A stretch of DNA of 62,438 nucleotides, filler included, from Candidatus Methanoxibalbensis ujae (GTDB lineage Archaea > Halobacteriota > Syntropharchaeia > Alkanophagales > Methanospirareceae): the NCBI GenBank assembly GCA_026134085.1. It is 4 parts of 4 records of this genome, joined end to end, with 100 filler letters (N's around TTAATTAATTAA, not from the genome) between each part and the next. Parts side by side here need not be neighbours in the genome. Positions count along the whole stretch, not along the records: positions 1 to 18,577 come from JAOQIN010000036.1; 3 more parts are not named here. The stretch is one strand, 5' to 3'. Both the position numbers and the translations under genes were made by a program. Below, in pieces: positions 1 through 9,830 of the stretch; position 1 is the first letter of the stretch; each line of letters starts with the position of its first letter. The notes below the pieces were generated by a model. It was not told the DNA's origin, did no database searches, and was given only the letters and a program-made list of their open reading frames with translations.

Positions 1-136
1 GGATGGGATCAGAAGCAACGAATGGAGAAGAAGTCATCAGCATATGAGCAGACAACCACAACATGAGCAGACAACCACAACAGAAATTGCTGTTGCAGGC
101 AACATGGCATTTGAGCTCTCTGCGATCACGAGCAGC

Positions 137-868
137 TTAAATCATGGACTGCTGAATTGCATTTTTCAGGTCTATTTTGCGTGTATAGATTGCGCTGCCT
201 ATTACGATTCCGCTTGCTCCTGCTTTTTTTGCTGCGAGCACATCTTCAATGCCTGATACGCCTCCTGATGCGATAACCGGAATACTCACAGCCGAGACGA
301 CTTCACGAATTGCATCCGCATCTATGCCTTTCATGAGGCCCTCAACATCTATGTTTGTGAAAAGTATGCAGCCTGCATGTGTTTCCTCCTCAACGAAACG
401 GGCGGCATCACGCACATGCATGTCTGTTGTCTGCTGCCAGCCATCAACCGCCACTTTTCCGCTGCGGGCGTCAATGGCGACGATCACACGCTCTTCGGAG
501 AAATCCTCAACAACTCTTCTGATGATTTCGGGATTTTTGAATGCGACAGTTCCCAAAATCACTTTATCCGCTATGTTCAAAATTTTTGCAGCGCTCTCAT
601 ATGAACGGATCCCTCCTCCCACCTGTATTTTCGCATTCACCGAATCAGCAATCTGCTTGATCATCTGATAATGCACGACGGAACCTCTGAAAGCGCCATC
701 AAGGTCTATCACATGCAGTGTCCTCGCACCTGCAGAAACCCATCTTCGTGCTATTTCAACAGGATGCTCATCTGTTGAAAATATCACATCGGCTGCGTTG
801 CCCTGTCGCAGTTGAACACATTTACCTCCCTTCAGGTCTATCGCCGGAATAACCTCAAACATTCTCAT
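137..868 (-). CDS. hisA: ProFAR isomerase (histidine biosynthesis)
   Basis: 243 aa; VIPAIDLKGGKCVQL, LHVIDLDGA, QVGGGIRS, PVIASGGV motifs of HisA. Confidence 0.95.
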   Translation of the reverse strand: MRMFEVIPAIDLKGGKCVQLRQGNAADVIFSTDEHPVEIARRWVSAGARTLHVIDLDGAFRGSVVHYQMIKQIADSVNAKIQVGGGIRSYESAAKILNIADKVILGTVAFKNPEIIRRVVEDFSEERVIVAIDARSGKVAVDGWQQTTDMHVRDAARFVEEETHAGCILFTNIDVEGLMKGIDADAIREVVSAVSIPVIASGGVSGIEDVLAAKKAGASGIVIGSAIYTRKIDLKNAIQQSMI

Positions 869-994
869 GCTCCATCATGCATCATTCCATCATGAATCAT
901 TCCATCATGCATCATTATCATGTGGTGCATCCTGTGGTGCATGATTCCATATGCCATGCATGCATGGATGGTATGTGGTGCCATGATGCATGAA

Positions 995-1738
995 TCAAAC
1001 ATTTATCTGAAGTTTCTTTGCAAGCTCTTTGTATCGCACACGGAGCGTCACCTCTGTAACTCCAGCAGCTTCTGCCACCGCTTTCTGCGTCTGTCTGTCG
1101 CCGCAGAGCATCGCTGCTATGTATACTGCGGAGGCTGCTATGCTTGTTGGACCTCTTCCGCTTGTTATGTTCCTTTCAAGTGCCGCTCTGACTATCTCCT
1201 CAGCTTTTTCACGCACTTTTTCCCTCAGATTCAACTTCTCGCAGAACCTGCTCACATATTCAAGAGGCGACACGGGAGGAAGTCTGAGCGAAAGCCTGCC
1301 GGCAAGTATTTTGCACGCTCTCATTATGTCCTTCCTCGCGACTTTAGTCGCCTTTTCAAGTTCCTCAAGAGTCCTCGGCACATTATGCTTTCTGCAGGCA
1401 GCATACACTGATGCAGCCACCATACGCTCAATTGAGCGCCCGTGAATGAGGTCGTGATTCCACGCCTCCTGATATATGAGAAGACTCTCCTCCTTTATCC
1501 TGTCAGGTATTGCAAGCAGATTTGATATGCGCTCTATCTCAGCACTCGCCACCATATGATGACGCCTTCTCATCGCACTCTTCATCCTTCGCATCCTCTG
1601 CCTCTCACTTATCTCCTTCAGCCGCCGACTTATCTCCCTTCTCCTGCTCTCTCCGCTTCTTCCAGCACCCTCACGCATAATTACGCCATTTCCATCATCA
1701 CGACTCCTCCGACCTCCCCCATCAACTCCGGACATCAT
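995..1738 (-). CDS. tfb: Transcription initiation factor B (TFB), N-terminally atypical (no zinc ribbon)
   Basis: Two cyclin-like repeats (LIHGRSIE..VAASVYAACR..VPRTLEE; SGRGPTSIAASAVYIA; GVTEVTLRVRYKEL); directly downstream of gar1; no CxxC pairs in N-terminus. Confidence 0.9.
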   Translation of the reverse strand: MMSGVDGGGRRSRDDGNGVIMREGAGRSGESRRREISRRLKEISERQRMRRMKSAMRRRHHMVASAEIERISNLLAIPDRIKEESLLIYQEAWNHDLIHGRSIERMVAASVYAACRKHNVPRTLEELEKATKVARKDIMRACKILAGRLSLRLPPVSPLEYVSRFCEKLNLREKVREKAEEIVRAALERNITSGRGPTSIAASAVYIAAMLCGDRQTQKAVAEAAGVTEVTLRVRYKELAKKLQINV

Positions 1739-1759
1739 TCAACACCTATTTCTTACAAT

Positions 1760-2098
1760 TTAACCGATTTTTCTTAGAAAATATAATTTATTTCCCAATA
1801 ACTTAGGAATTCTTCGCTTTCCAGTTTCAGACATTCTCACACTCACATAAGGCTGTGCAACAGGACCGAATACATCATGAACCTTCCCCACCTTTTTTTT
1901 CCCTTTTGCAATGACTGTTGACCTCATCACACGGCCTATGTTTATACGACGATCACATCTCACAATCAAGTAGTCGCCGACAGCATGAATAACCCTGCCC
2001 AGCCGCTCTTTTTTCTTCTTTTTGCTCTTCTTCCTGCGAGATTCCACACCCGCTGACGGCTCTCCGTCGGTTTGCGCTCCCTCAGCCACACGCTTCAC
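1760..2098 (-). CDS. gar1: H/ACA RNP protein Gar1/Naf1
   Basis: RLGRVIH...VGKVHDVFGPVAQPYVSV motif; upstream of tfb as in many archaea; start uncertain. Confidence 0.85.
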   Translation of the reverse strand: MKRVAEGAQTDGEPSAGVESRRKKSKKKKKERLGRVIHAVGDYLIVRCDRRINIGRVMRSTVIAKGKKKVGKVHDVFGPVAQPYVSVRMSETGKRRIPKLLGNKLYFLRKIG

Positions 2099-2115
2099 TT
2101 ACACTCATTGTCAGA

Positions 2116-2130
2116 ATAATATATAAGTTT
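2116..2130. promoter_or_regulatory. Putative TATA-containing promoter between divergent gar1 and pfkB-family gene
   Basis: ATAATATATAAGTTT in a short divergent intergenic region. Confidence 0.4.
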
Positions 2131-2184
2131 AACGGTGCAATTCAGTGTGCATCTGTCGCTTTGCCGCATGACGGAGAGAAACAG

Positions 2185-3186
2185 ATGGAGACGGTGGAGA
2201 TGGCGGATGTTGTTGGCATTGGTGCGCTGAATTATGATGAGCTGTATGCTGTGGAGCGCATTGCATCTGCAGGCGAGGAAGCGGGAGTTTTCAGCATGGA
2301 ATCAGCACCCGGAGGCTCAGCGGCAAACACGATAGTCGGTCTCGCAAGGCTCGGAGTTTCAACCGCATTCATAGGCGTCGTCGGCGATGACAGCGCTGGA
2401 CATCGCATAATTTATGATTTCCGCAGAGAAGGTGTGAATGTCACACACATAAAAAGAATCAGGGGAAAAACAGGCAGAGCACTGTCATTCGTGGAGCCGG
2501 GTGGCGAGCGCGCATTATATGTGTTTGCGGGCGTCAACGACAAATTGAACATCTCAGATGATGATTTTTCAACAATAAAAAGCGCAAAATTGCTGCATAT
2601 GAGCTCATTTGTCAGCGATGAGCAGCTGAAAATGCAGATAGAAATCGCAAAACGCACACATATGCATACAAAAATAAGCTTCAGCCCTGGAATGCTGTGC
2701 TTTCGCCATTCCATTGATGATCTTGCTGAAATATTCGCTCGCTGCAGTGTTGTGTTTCTCAGCCGTCGTGAGGTCGAATCTCTCACGACCGATGAGCATG
2801 TGAAGCGGACGGAGGGGGCAAGGCGCATACTGGAAACAGGTGCTGAGGTGGTGTGTGTGACGCTCGGAGAGCGTGGATGTCTCATAATCACCGAGAGTGA
2901 GGAGGTCTCAGTGCCCGCATTTCAGACGAATGTCGTTGACACGACAGGCGCGGGAGATGCGTTCGCAGCGGGATTCATATTCGGTATGCTGAGGGGATAC
3001 AGCATAAAAAAATGCGGTGAGATCGGAAATTTCGTCGCCTCATGCTGCATACGACATTTCGGCTGCCGAAAGGGACTGCCACGCACGATCAACCTCCCAC
3101 ATGAGCGCACACGCCTCAGTGAAAATCACAGTGAAAATCGGGAGGAGCATGGACGCAGCAGATGGAACATGGAAAATGCGAGGTAA
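2185..3186 (+). CDS. PfkB/ribokinase-family carbohydrate or nucleoside kinase
   Basis: PGGSAANT..GLARLG, TLGERG and VDTTGAGDAFAAG signatures; ATG at 2185 preferred over TTG 2161. Confidence 0.9.
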   Translation: METVEMADVVGIGALNYDELYAVERIASAGEEAGVFSMESAPGGSAANTIVGLARLGVSTAFIGVVGDDSAGHRIIYDFRREGVNVTHIKRIRGKTGRALSFVEPGGERALYVFAGVNDKLNISDDDFSTIKSAKLLHMSSFVSDEQLKMQIEIAKRTHMHTKISFSPGMLCFRHSIDDLAEIFARCSVVFLSRREVESLTTDEHVKRTEGARRILETGAEVVCVTLGERGCLIITESEEVSVPAFQTNVVDTTGAGDAFAAGFIFGMLRGYSIKKCGEIGNFVASCCIRHFGCRKGLPRTINLPHERTRLSENHSENREEHGRSRWNMENAR

Positions 3187-3305
3187 AGCATCTAGAATCA
3201 AGCCTTCTGCGCAACGCGCAGCATGACCGGAGCGGTGTGCATGAGATGATGCTGAACGCACATGAGAGGCGCCCTGCAAGCGACCAGCGCTATATGCGGC
3301 ACACA

Positions 3306-4718
3306 CTACTGGTGGTCATGTGAGGAGGATCTGTATCTGGGATGATACTTTCGTATGATGTGTTCATCAATACGCTTCAGTTCGCCTTCGGGCAGCATTG
3401 ACAGCAGTTCCCAGCCGAGGTCAAGTGTTTCTTCTATGCTTCTGTCCTCATGTTTTCCCTGTGTGACAAATCTCTTCTCAAATTCATCTGCGAACTCAAG
3501 ATATCTGCGATCCCTGTCCGTGAGTGCTTCTTCACCGACGACTGCGACGAGGTCTCTCATGTCCCTTCCCTCCGCGTATGCCGCATATAATTGGTTTGAG
3601 ACGCCATGATGATCCTCTCTTGTTCTTCCCTCACCTATTCCCTCACTCATGAGTCTTGAAAGGGAGGGGAGCACATCAACAGGCGGATATATGCCCCTGC
3701 GGTGAAGCTCTCTTGACAGCACGATCTGACCCTCGGTGATGTAGCCTGTGAGGTCGGGGATGGGGTGCGTGATGTCATCATCGGGCATTGTGAGAATGGG
3801 GATCTGCGTGATTGAGCCTTTACGACCTCTTATGCGACCTGCACGCTCATAGTTTGTGGCGAGATCAGTATACATGTAGCCGGGATACCCTCTTCGTCCC
3901 GGAACCTCTTCTCTCGCAGCGGAAATCTCTCTCAGGCTCTCACAATAATTTGTCATATCTGTGAGGATGACCAAAATATGCATATCATACTCATAAGCGA
4001 GGAACTCTGCGGCTGTCAGCGCCATTCTCGGCGTTATAATGCGCTCAATAGCGGGGTCATCAGCGAGATTTATGAACGCAACTATCCGCTCAATCGCACC
4101 CGTCCTCTCAAAATCCTTCATGAAAAATGATGCTTCCTCGTGTGTTATGCCCATTGCAGCAAATACCACGGAAAAAGACTCTCCCGTGCCACGCACTTTC
4201 GCCTGCCTCGCTATTTGAGCTGCGAGTTCATTGTGAGGCAGACCTGAACCTGAGAAAATTGGCAGCTTCTGACCCCGGACAAGCGTGTTCATCCCGTCAA
4301 TAGTGGATATGCCCGTCTGAATGAACTCACGGGGATATGCCCTTGCAACTGGATTTATTGCAGCTCCTGTGATTGGCAGCCTCTCCTCAGGAACCACCTC
4401 AGGTCCTCCGTCAATTGGTCTGCCGAGACCGTCAAAGAAGCGCCCTATCATGTCAGCTGAGACGCTTACACGCATGATATCGCCTGTGAATCTCACTTTT
4501 GTTCTTGAGGTGTCTATGCCAGAGGTCCCCTCAAACACCTGAACAACTGCGAGACCACGCTGCGCCTCAAGAACCTGCCCTGTTTTCTCCTCGCCGTCCG
4601 GCGTGTAGATACGCACAACCTCACCGTAAGAAACGCCCTCAACTCCTTCAACAACTATCAGCGGTCCTGATGCCCCTCTGATCGTCGTGTATTCACGAGC
4701 GGAAATGTCCACAGCCAT
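3306..4718 (-). CDS. atpB: A/V-type ATP synthase subunit B
   Basis: [63 protein letters not shown]; start taken at MAVDIS. Confidence 0.97.
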   Translation of the reverse strand: MAVDISAREYTTIRGASGPLIVVEGVEGVSYGEVVRIYTPDGEEKTGQVLEAQRGLAVVQVFEGTSGIDTSRTKVRFTGDIMRVSVSADMIGRFFDGLGRPIDGGPEVVPEERLPITGAAINPVARAYPREFIQTGISTIDGMNTLVRGQKLPIFSGSGLPHNELAAQIARQAKVRGTGESFSVVFAAMGITHEEASFFMKDFERTGAIERIVAFINLADDPAIERIITPRMALTAAEFLAYEYDMHILVILTDMTNYCESLREISAAREEVPGRRGYPGYMYTDLATNYERAGRIRGRKGSITQIPILTMPDDDITHPIPDLTGYITEGQIVLSRELHRRGIYPPVDVLPSLSRLMSEGIGEGRTREDHHGVSNQLYAAYAEGRDMRDLVAVVGEEALTDRDRRYLEFADEFEKRFVTQGKHEDRSIEETLDLGWELLSMLPEGELKRIDEHIIRKYHPRYRSSSHDHQ

Positions 4719-5343
4719 TTTTTTCTCACCTTCTCTCTCAACTCTCAATTTTATCTTCTCTCACAACCACACATGCTCACAACCACACATGCTCCAGCCT
4801 CCCCCCTTCCCGCCCCTGTTCACTGTTCACTAACTATCTATCACCGCTAACTATCTATTCTATTCTATTATTCACTATTCACAGCGAAGAAAATGGATGT
4901 GAGAAATTGGCGATACAAGATGTCGCTGATCGCTGAGAAGACCTCCGCTCCTGAGCTATGCAATGAGCACATTCATACGAGGATGCTGTCTGCGGATGGG
5001 CTTGTAGCCACATCTGTGCATGAGAGATTATTCCCGCTGACGTCATCTCTTTTTTTGTTTTAATTTTATATTTCATCTTTTATCCTTCGTCTCTTATGTT
5101 GTTCACCTAGGTTGTTCACTGAGCTCTTTTTTCTATCATCATGTATGAGGGCATCATGTATGAGGGTATGGTGAATGTGGAGCCCATGAGGGATGTGAAG
5201 CCAACCGACATTGACGCAAGTGCCGACGGATAAAGCATCCGCCCCGGAGGCTGCCTTTCCAGATTTTCAGTTGATCCTGATTTTCAATTGACGGCAAGAA
5301 AGAGAAACCAAGATGCGAAAGAGGGAAAAGAAGAGAAAATTAT

Positions 5344-5877
5344 TCACCGCTTCACCAGTTCAACGACCTTTTCTATCATTTTTTTGTATTCTTCGTCGCT
5401 TTCAATGTTGGGGAATGTGAATCTCGCATTCGGATGGTAGTATCTGTCTATGGATATTGTGCGAATCAGGGGGTTCAATGCGAAATTTTTAAGGCATGAG
5501 AGCATTTGTGATGCGTAATAGTATAAGATGCCGAAGAATATGACGGTGTCGTGGTTTCCGTTACCGTCAATACCCTTCCAATCTGGGTCACGAAGGCGGT
5601 TAGTGATGTCGTGAAGGTTGAAATATTGAACTTTTTTGTAGCCTTTACGCATGAAGCCCCTGATGCTTTTTCCAGTTGCGGCGATTGCAACGCCCTTTTC
5701 GCCCATTTCAATCGCTTTCTCCACAAAAAATTCGTCCCGCATCGCTTCTGAACCGACGACGAGCAGAGGACGGTGAGAAGCAGAAATGAGCGCTGCTGCA
5801 ACTTCCGCAGAGACTATCCTGCCCGTTTCCTGCCCTGGAATGTTCGCAATGTCAAAAGGCACTTCCCTCGCCCGCAT
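5344..5877 (-). CDS. cdhB: CO dehydrogenase/ACDS epsilon subunit
   Basis: RPLLVVG, LRDPDWKGIDGNGNHD, SQMLSCLKNF, TISIDRYYHPNA; directly downstream of cdhA. Confidence 0.93.
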   Translation of the reverse strand: MRAREVPFDIANIPGQETGRIVSAEVAAALISASHRPLLVVGSEAMRDEFFVEKAIEMGEKGVAIAATGKSIRGFMRKGYKKVQYFNLHDITNRLRDPDWKGIDGNGNHDTVIFFGILYYYASQMLSCLKNFALNPLIRTISIDRYYHPNARFTFPNIESDEEYKKMIEKVVELVKR

Positions 5878-5953
5878 CTTTCCTCACCTTCCACATGCAC
5901 CCTCTCTCTTGTCTCTTATCTCCTATCTCATACACGCTTACTCTCACGCTCTC

Positions 5954-8338
5954 TCATTTCTTCCGAATGAGCCTGCGCAGGTTTGTCGGGTCAAAAGAAG
6001 GGTCGTAGCCTCGCAGAGGACCCTCCTTTATTCGCTTGCGCTTCCAGTCAATCACCCAGCCATGCTCGTCCTCAAGGCGCTTGAGCAGTTCGTCCCTGCG
6101 TGCAATCGGCAGGTCCGCTGCGGTTCTCACGAAAAGCCACCAGTCCTCAGGCAGGCACCCCAGATATTTCTCGTGCAGATCAATGTAGTGTGTGAGTTTG
6201 ATTGAGCGTCCTCTGTCAGTGTCGGAGGGTCTGAAGCAAAGCTTCGCAATCATCGGCAGAGCCTCCTCAACCGTCTCGCATGCGACGAGCAAATGCTCAG
6301 GTGCGGGCTCAATCCTGACTTCGGAGCCGTCCCTCGCATCAAAGATGATCCAGTCCTCCTCAATATCGCTCCTGCCGAGGAATGCTCTGCGGTATTTTGT
6401 GCCATGCGGACCGACAACTGCTGGAACACCCAGACGGTTGAAGCCTGTTGCGATTGAAGCAGCCTTCTGCGACATTGCTCCCCATGCGACACCGCAAGCG
6501 CCCACTCTATTTAAAATGTAGTCTGCGATTTCCTCGTAGTTCGCTCGCAATTTCCGCCTCGCAAATATCGCAGCGATTTTTATTGCAGCGCCGTGAATGT
6601 GCGCATTTGCGACGCAGGAGCCGATGTTCAGGACGCCACCGGCGTCAAATCTGCCGTGATATTTCTCGTAGACCGTTTTACCCTCCTCGTCCTTCCAGAG
6701 CGCAGCGTCAATCGCCATGCATCCCGTAAGTGTGACGATGTAGTTGCGTGATGCGAACTCTTCAACAATCAGCCACGCATCTTTTGTTCCATTGGGATAA
6801 TTCCCGCATCCGATAGGTGCAATTACACCGGGAATTGTTCCTAAAACGATGGGAGCGCCGACTTCTCTTATCTCACTGTCCCAAATAGGACCGCGACCGA
6901 CCCTTATTTTCCCCCTCTCCTCCTTTATTTGTGGGTGTGCTGCCTTCGTGATCACATCAATTATCGGAATATTCTTCTTGCATACCTGCTCGCAGCGACC
7001 GCATCCGACGCAGATGTCAAAGAGGGAGGCGAGCGCCTCTTTATTTCCTGATGCGGCTTTAGCATTCGCCTCACCGATTCTCAAGCCGAGAGGGCATGCA
7101 AGCGTGCAGGAACCGCATTGAATGCACTCTCCCACCCAGCGCTGAAATTCCTCATCGCTCAAAATTATTCGCATTTTACGACGCTTGTCCTTCATTCGCA
7201 AAGCCGTCTTCACTGCGACTTCGCCGACTTTCTCAGCGTCCAGAATCACAACACCGGGCACTCGCTCGCTCACCAAATCCTCAACAATTTCATCTGCGGG
7301 GTCATCCGTGCGGTCTTCCAAGCCGTGCATCGCCTTCTCGTTCGTAGCAATCACGGGTGAATGCACCCTGCTCGCAGATTCAACGACATCCGCCCGTATG
7401 CACTGCTCATCCACAACAATCACATCTGCGATTCCCGCTCTTATCACACGGAGCTGCCTGCCGAGTGCTGAAATGATTTTCGCCTTCGGTTTGTATCTCG
7501 TGACATCGTGAGCGGTGCAACATATTCCCACGAGCTCAATCTCTTCCTCATGCCCGCTTTCCTCCATGTGATCAGCAATTGAAGCGGCAGGCACGACATT
7601 GTGTCCTATGACGAGGATGACAGCTTTCGTTGTGTCAGCGACGCCCATTCCAACTTCAACAAGCGGAACATCAGGACCTCCTCCCTCCTTGCTTGAGGGC
7701 ATCCCGTAGGCTGCCATCTGTATGATGTCTGCTGCTTCCTTGCTCAGCGAGTCAAGCATTCCGACATGAAGCGCCTTGGACTCAAAATCAAGGTAAGAAC
7801 CCTCCTGACCTGTGTGCAAAGCATCGCTCAACTGCACCAGTTCCTCTTCTACATAATCAAAAACTCTCTCATAATCGCTTATCCTGCGGGGCTTTATGCC
7901 GCAGATAAGGCGGGTTAATGGCGCTTCAATATCAACTTCAGGTCCAAAATCTATTTCAACATCACCGAACTTCCTCTTCAATTCGTGAAGCATGTGCCTC
8001 CCATGCCCGCAGTGCGCGGAACATCCGATAATGCATGCGAGAAGCACGATTCTTCCCTGCTGTGCGTCCATTCTGATGCCGCAAGCACCCTTCTTGTTGC
8101 CCGTTAAATCGCACTTACCGAATGTGCAGAGGCAGCAGAAATCGCAGAATGGCGCATAGAAAGGCTTGTAGCGACGCAGTAACTTGAAATCCCAGGAGCG
8201 AATCGTTGAAATCGCGGGCATCGGCGTCGGTCCCATCGGCTCCCATTCCTCCTCTTCCTCCTCTATCTTTCCTATGAAAATCCGCACATTCTCAAATCCC
8301 TCAAGCGTCAGCACACCTCGCTTAAAAATCTCCTCCAT
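5954..8338 (-). CDS. cdhA: CO dehydrogenase/ACDS alpha subunit
   Basis: WEPMGPTPMP, CDFCCLCTFGKCDL, GICCTAHD, two CxxCxxC clusters, GSCVANAH; ATG 8338 follows GAGGTG RBS (ORF opens at 8347). Confidence 0.97.
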   Translation of the reverse strand: MEEIFKRGVLTLEGFENVRIFIGKIEEEEEEWEPMGPTPMPAISTIRSWDFKLLRRYKPFYAPFCDFCCLCTFGKCDLTGNKKGACGIRMDAQQGRIVLLACIIGCSAHCGHGRHMLHELKRKFGDVEIDFGPEVDIEAPLTRLICGIKPRRISDYERVFDYVEEELVQLSDALHTGQEGSYLDFESKALHVGMLDSLSKEAADIIQMAAYGMPSSKEGGGPDVPLVEVGMGVADTTKAVILVIGHNVVPAASIADHMEESGHEEEIELVGICCTAHDVTRYKPKAKIISALGRQLRVIRAGIADVIVVDEQCIRADVVESASRVHSPVIATNEKAMHGLEDRTDDPADEIVEDLVSERVPGVVILDAEKVGEVAVKTALRMKDKRRKMRIILSDEEFQRWVGECIQCGSCTLACPLGLRIGEANAKAASGNKEALASLFDICVGCGRCEQVCKKNIPIIDVITKAAHPQIKEERGKIRVGRGPIWDSEIREVGAPIVLGTIPGVIAPIGCGNYPNGTKDAWLIVEEFASRNYIVTLTGCMAIDAALWKDEEGKTVYEKYHGRFDAGGVLNIGSCVANAHIHGAAIKIAAIFARRKLRANYEEIADYILNRVGACGVAWGAMSQKAASIATGFNRLGVPAVVGPHGTKYRRAFLGRSDIEEDWIIFDARDGSEVRIEPAPEHLLVACETVEEALPMIAKLCFRPSDTDRGRSIKLTHYIDLHEKYLGCLPEDWWLFVRTAADLPIARRDELLKRLEDEHGWVIDWKRKRIKEGPLRGYDPSFDPTNLRRLIRKK

Positions 8339-8458
8339 TTCCCGCACCTCAACCCTTTCTCACGCCTTTCACTCAGGACACTCACAACACACCACTCAGG
8401 ACACAGGACACAGAACACACAACACAGAACACTCGACATACGACACAGCATCTCTATG

Positions 8459-9583
8459 CTACCACACATCGAGCAGGCGCTCCAGATCTTCCAATTTCAC
8501 GAGCAGGTTCAGAATTTTGAGCGATTCCGCCTTCTTTTGAATTTTCTTCAGGTTCCTTCGCTTCTTTCGCAGCGCATTCTTGCGAACTTCCTCTATCTTC
8601 TCCGCAGAGAGCTCCCCGCACTCAATAAAACCCGCTTCTTCAGCATCAGAAAGCAGCTTCTCTCCCCTCTCGCTCCTCACGATGACCGTTGAGAAGCCGT
8701 CCGGCGAGCCAACTCCTCCAACTGAGATGTCAGCAAGCTCAGCAGCGAAATCGTAGCAGAAAGAGCATGCAGAACGCTCAACATCCGCCATCTCCTTCAC
8801 TGGAATCTCAAAACGCTCTTCACTTCGCAGAACTGCGATGAACTTTCCACGCTTGATGTCAAACTTCTTCACTTCAGAAGGCGAAATTCCCTCGTTTGAG
8901 AGCTTCTTAAAGAGAAGAGTGCTGTCAAAAGTTTCTGTGCAGAGCAGACCGATGATGATGCTTATGCGTTCTGATGCACTGTTGAAGTCAAAAAACGGCG
9001 AGAGCTGAACCTTGCGCAGCGCTTGAACATGACACGGCAGACCAACAAACGCAATTTTCTCGTAGCCCTCACGGAGAGCATCTCCAAAGCCGAGAAGCGA
9101 AGGACACTGCGTGTATTTTGAGCCTGCGGATTCCAGCACTTCTTCTCTCTTTGTTGCTACCGCGGGCTCAACGCCCCAGTCTCCGCATTTGCGAGCGACA
9201 ACGGCAGCGTCAGCAAGACCCCGCTCAAGCATGAAAATCAGCAGAGCGGAAACGACACCGCCGTCCTGCGAAATTGCGAGAATTTTCTCATCTTTCGCAC
9301 GAGCCATGAAAACACTTCTGTAGAAGCCGAGCAGTTTGTCCTCTCTCACGCCTCCGAAAACCTTCCGCTCAATCTCAAGAACTGGCAGAAATGTGCGAGG
9401 GCAGAAGTCGTAGCACGCACCGAAGATTTCGTAGCATTTCTGGCGAGTGAGAGGCGTTTCCTCCTCGTAAAAAATATATTCCGGGCAGAACGCACCGCAT
9501 GCTCCGCAGAAGCAGCATGTCCCGTTGAAAATTACCTCTCGCTCCAAGTCATGCAGGTTTCCTCGCTCCCACTCCTGTTCCAT
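8459..9583 (-). CDS. Coenzyme F420 hydrogenase/dehydrogenase beta subunit family (FrhB/FpoF-like) with N-terminal ferredoxin domain
   Basis: CCFCGACGAFCP, SQDGGVVSAL, AGSKY, VGLPCHV, IGLLCTETF, CSFCYDFAAELADISVGGVGS; AAGGAGG RBS before ATG 9583. Confidence 0.92.
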   Translation of the reverse strand: MEQEWERGNLHDLEREVIFNGTCCFCGACGAFCPEYIFYEEETPLTRQKCYEIFGACYDFCPRTFLPVLEIERKVFGGVREDKLLGFYRSVFMARAKDEKILAISQDGGVVSALLIFMLERGLADAAVVARKCGDWGVEPAVATKREEVLESAGSKYTQCPSLLGFGDALREGYEKIAFVGLPCHVQALRKVQLSPFFDFNSASERISIIIGLLCTETFDSTLLFKKLSNEGISPSEVKKFDIKRGKFIAVLRSEERFEIPVKEMADVERSACSFCYDFAAELADISVGGVGSPDGFSTVIVRSERGEKLLSDAEEAGFIECGELSAEKIEEVRKNALRKKRRNLKKIQKKAESLKILNLLVKLEDLERLLDVW

Positions 9584-9672
9584 CGCTCCTCCTTTCGCGC
9601 TCCTCATATTTAAACGCCTTATGTTGCTCGCAGCATGCGAAAGGATGCGAAAGGGGAGGCTGATGAGTTAAA

Positions 9673-9680
9673 TTTAAATA
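9673..9680 (+). promoter_or_regulatory. Putative TATA box for tRNA-Thr transcript
   Basis: TTTAAATA about 80 nt upstream of the tRNA, in the divergent frhB-like/tRNA intergenic region. Confidence 0.45.
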
Positions 9681-9757
9681 GCTTTTGTCTCCAAATAAAT
9701 GGGGACTGCGGGCCATCCCTCGCTGCCGTAATAAGAGGAGGGGTGGCTCACATCGGG

Positions 9758-9830
9758 GCCTCGGTAGCTCAGCGGGAAGAGCGAGTGGCTTGTAACCACT
9801 AGGTCGGGGGTTCGAATCCCTCCCGGGGCT
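9758..9830 (+). tRNA. tRNA-Thr (anticodon UGU), no intron, CCA not encoded
   Basis: Acceptor GCCTCGG/CCGGGGC, D arm GCTC..GAGC, anticodon arm AGTGG-CTTGTAA-CCACT, T arm GGGGG-TTCGAAT-CCCTC. Confidence 0.96.

Noticed and set aside
9758..9830. tRNA-Thr as integration site of an island
   Set aside because: No integrase and no duplicated tRNA 3' end seen; flanks are housekeeping genes
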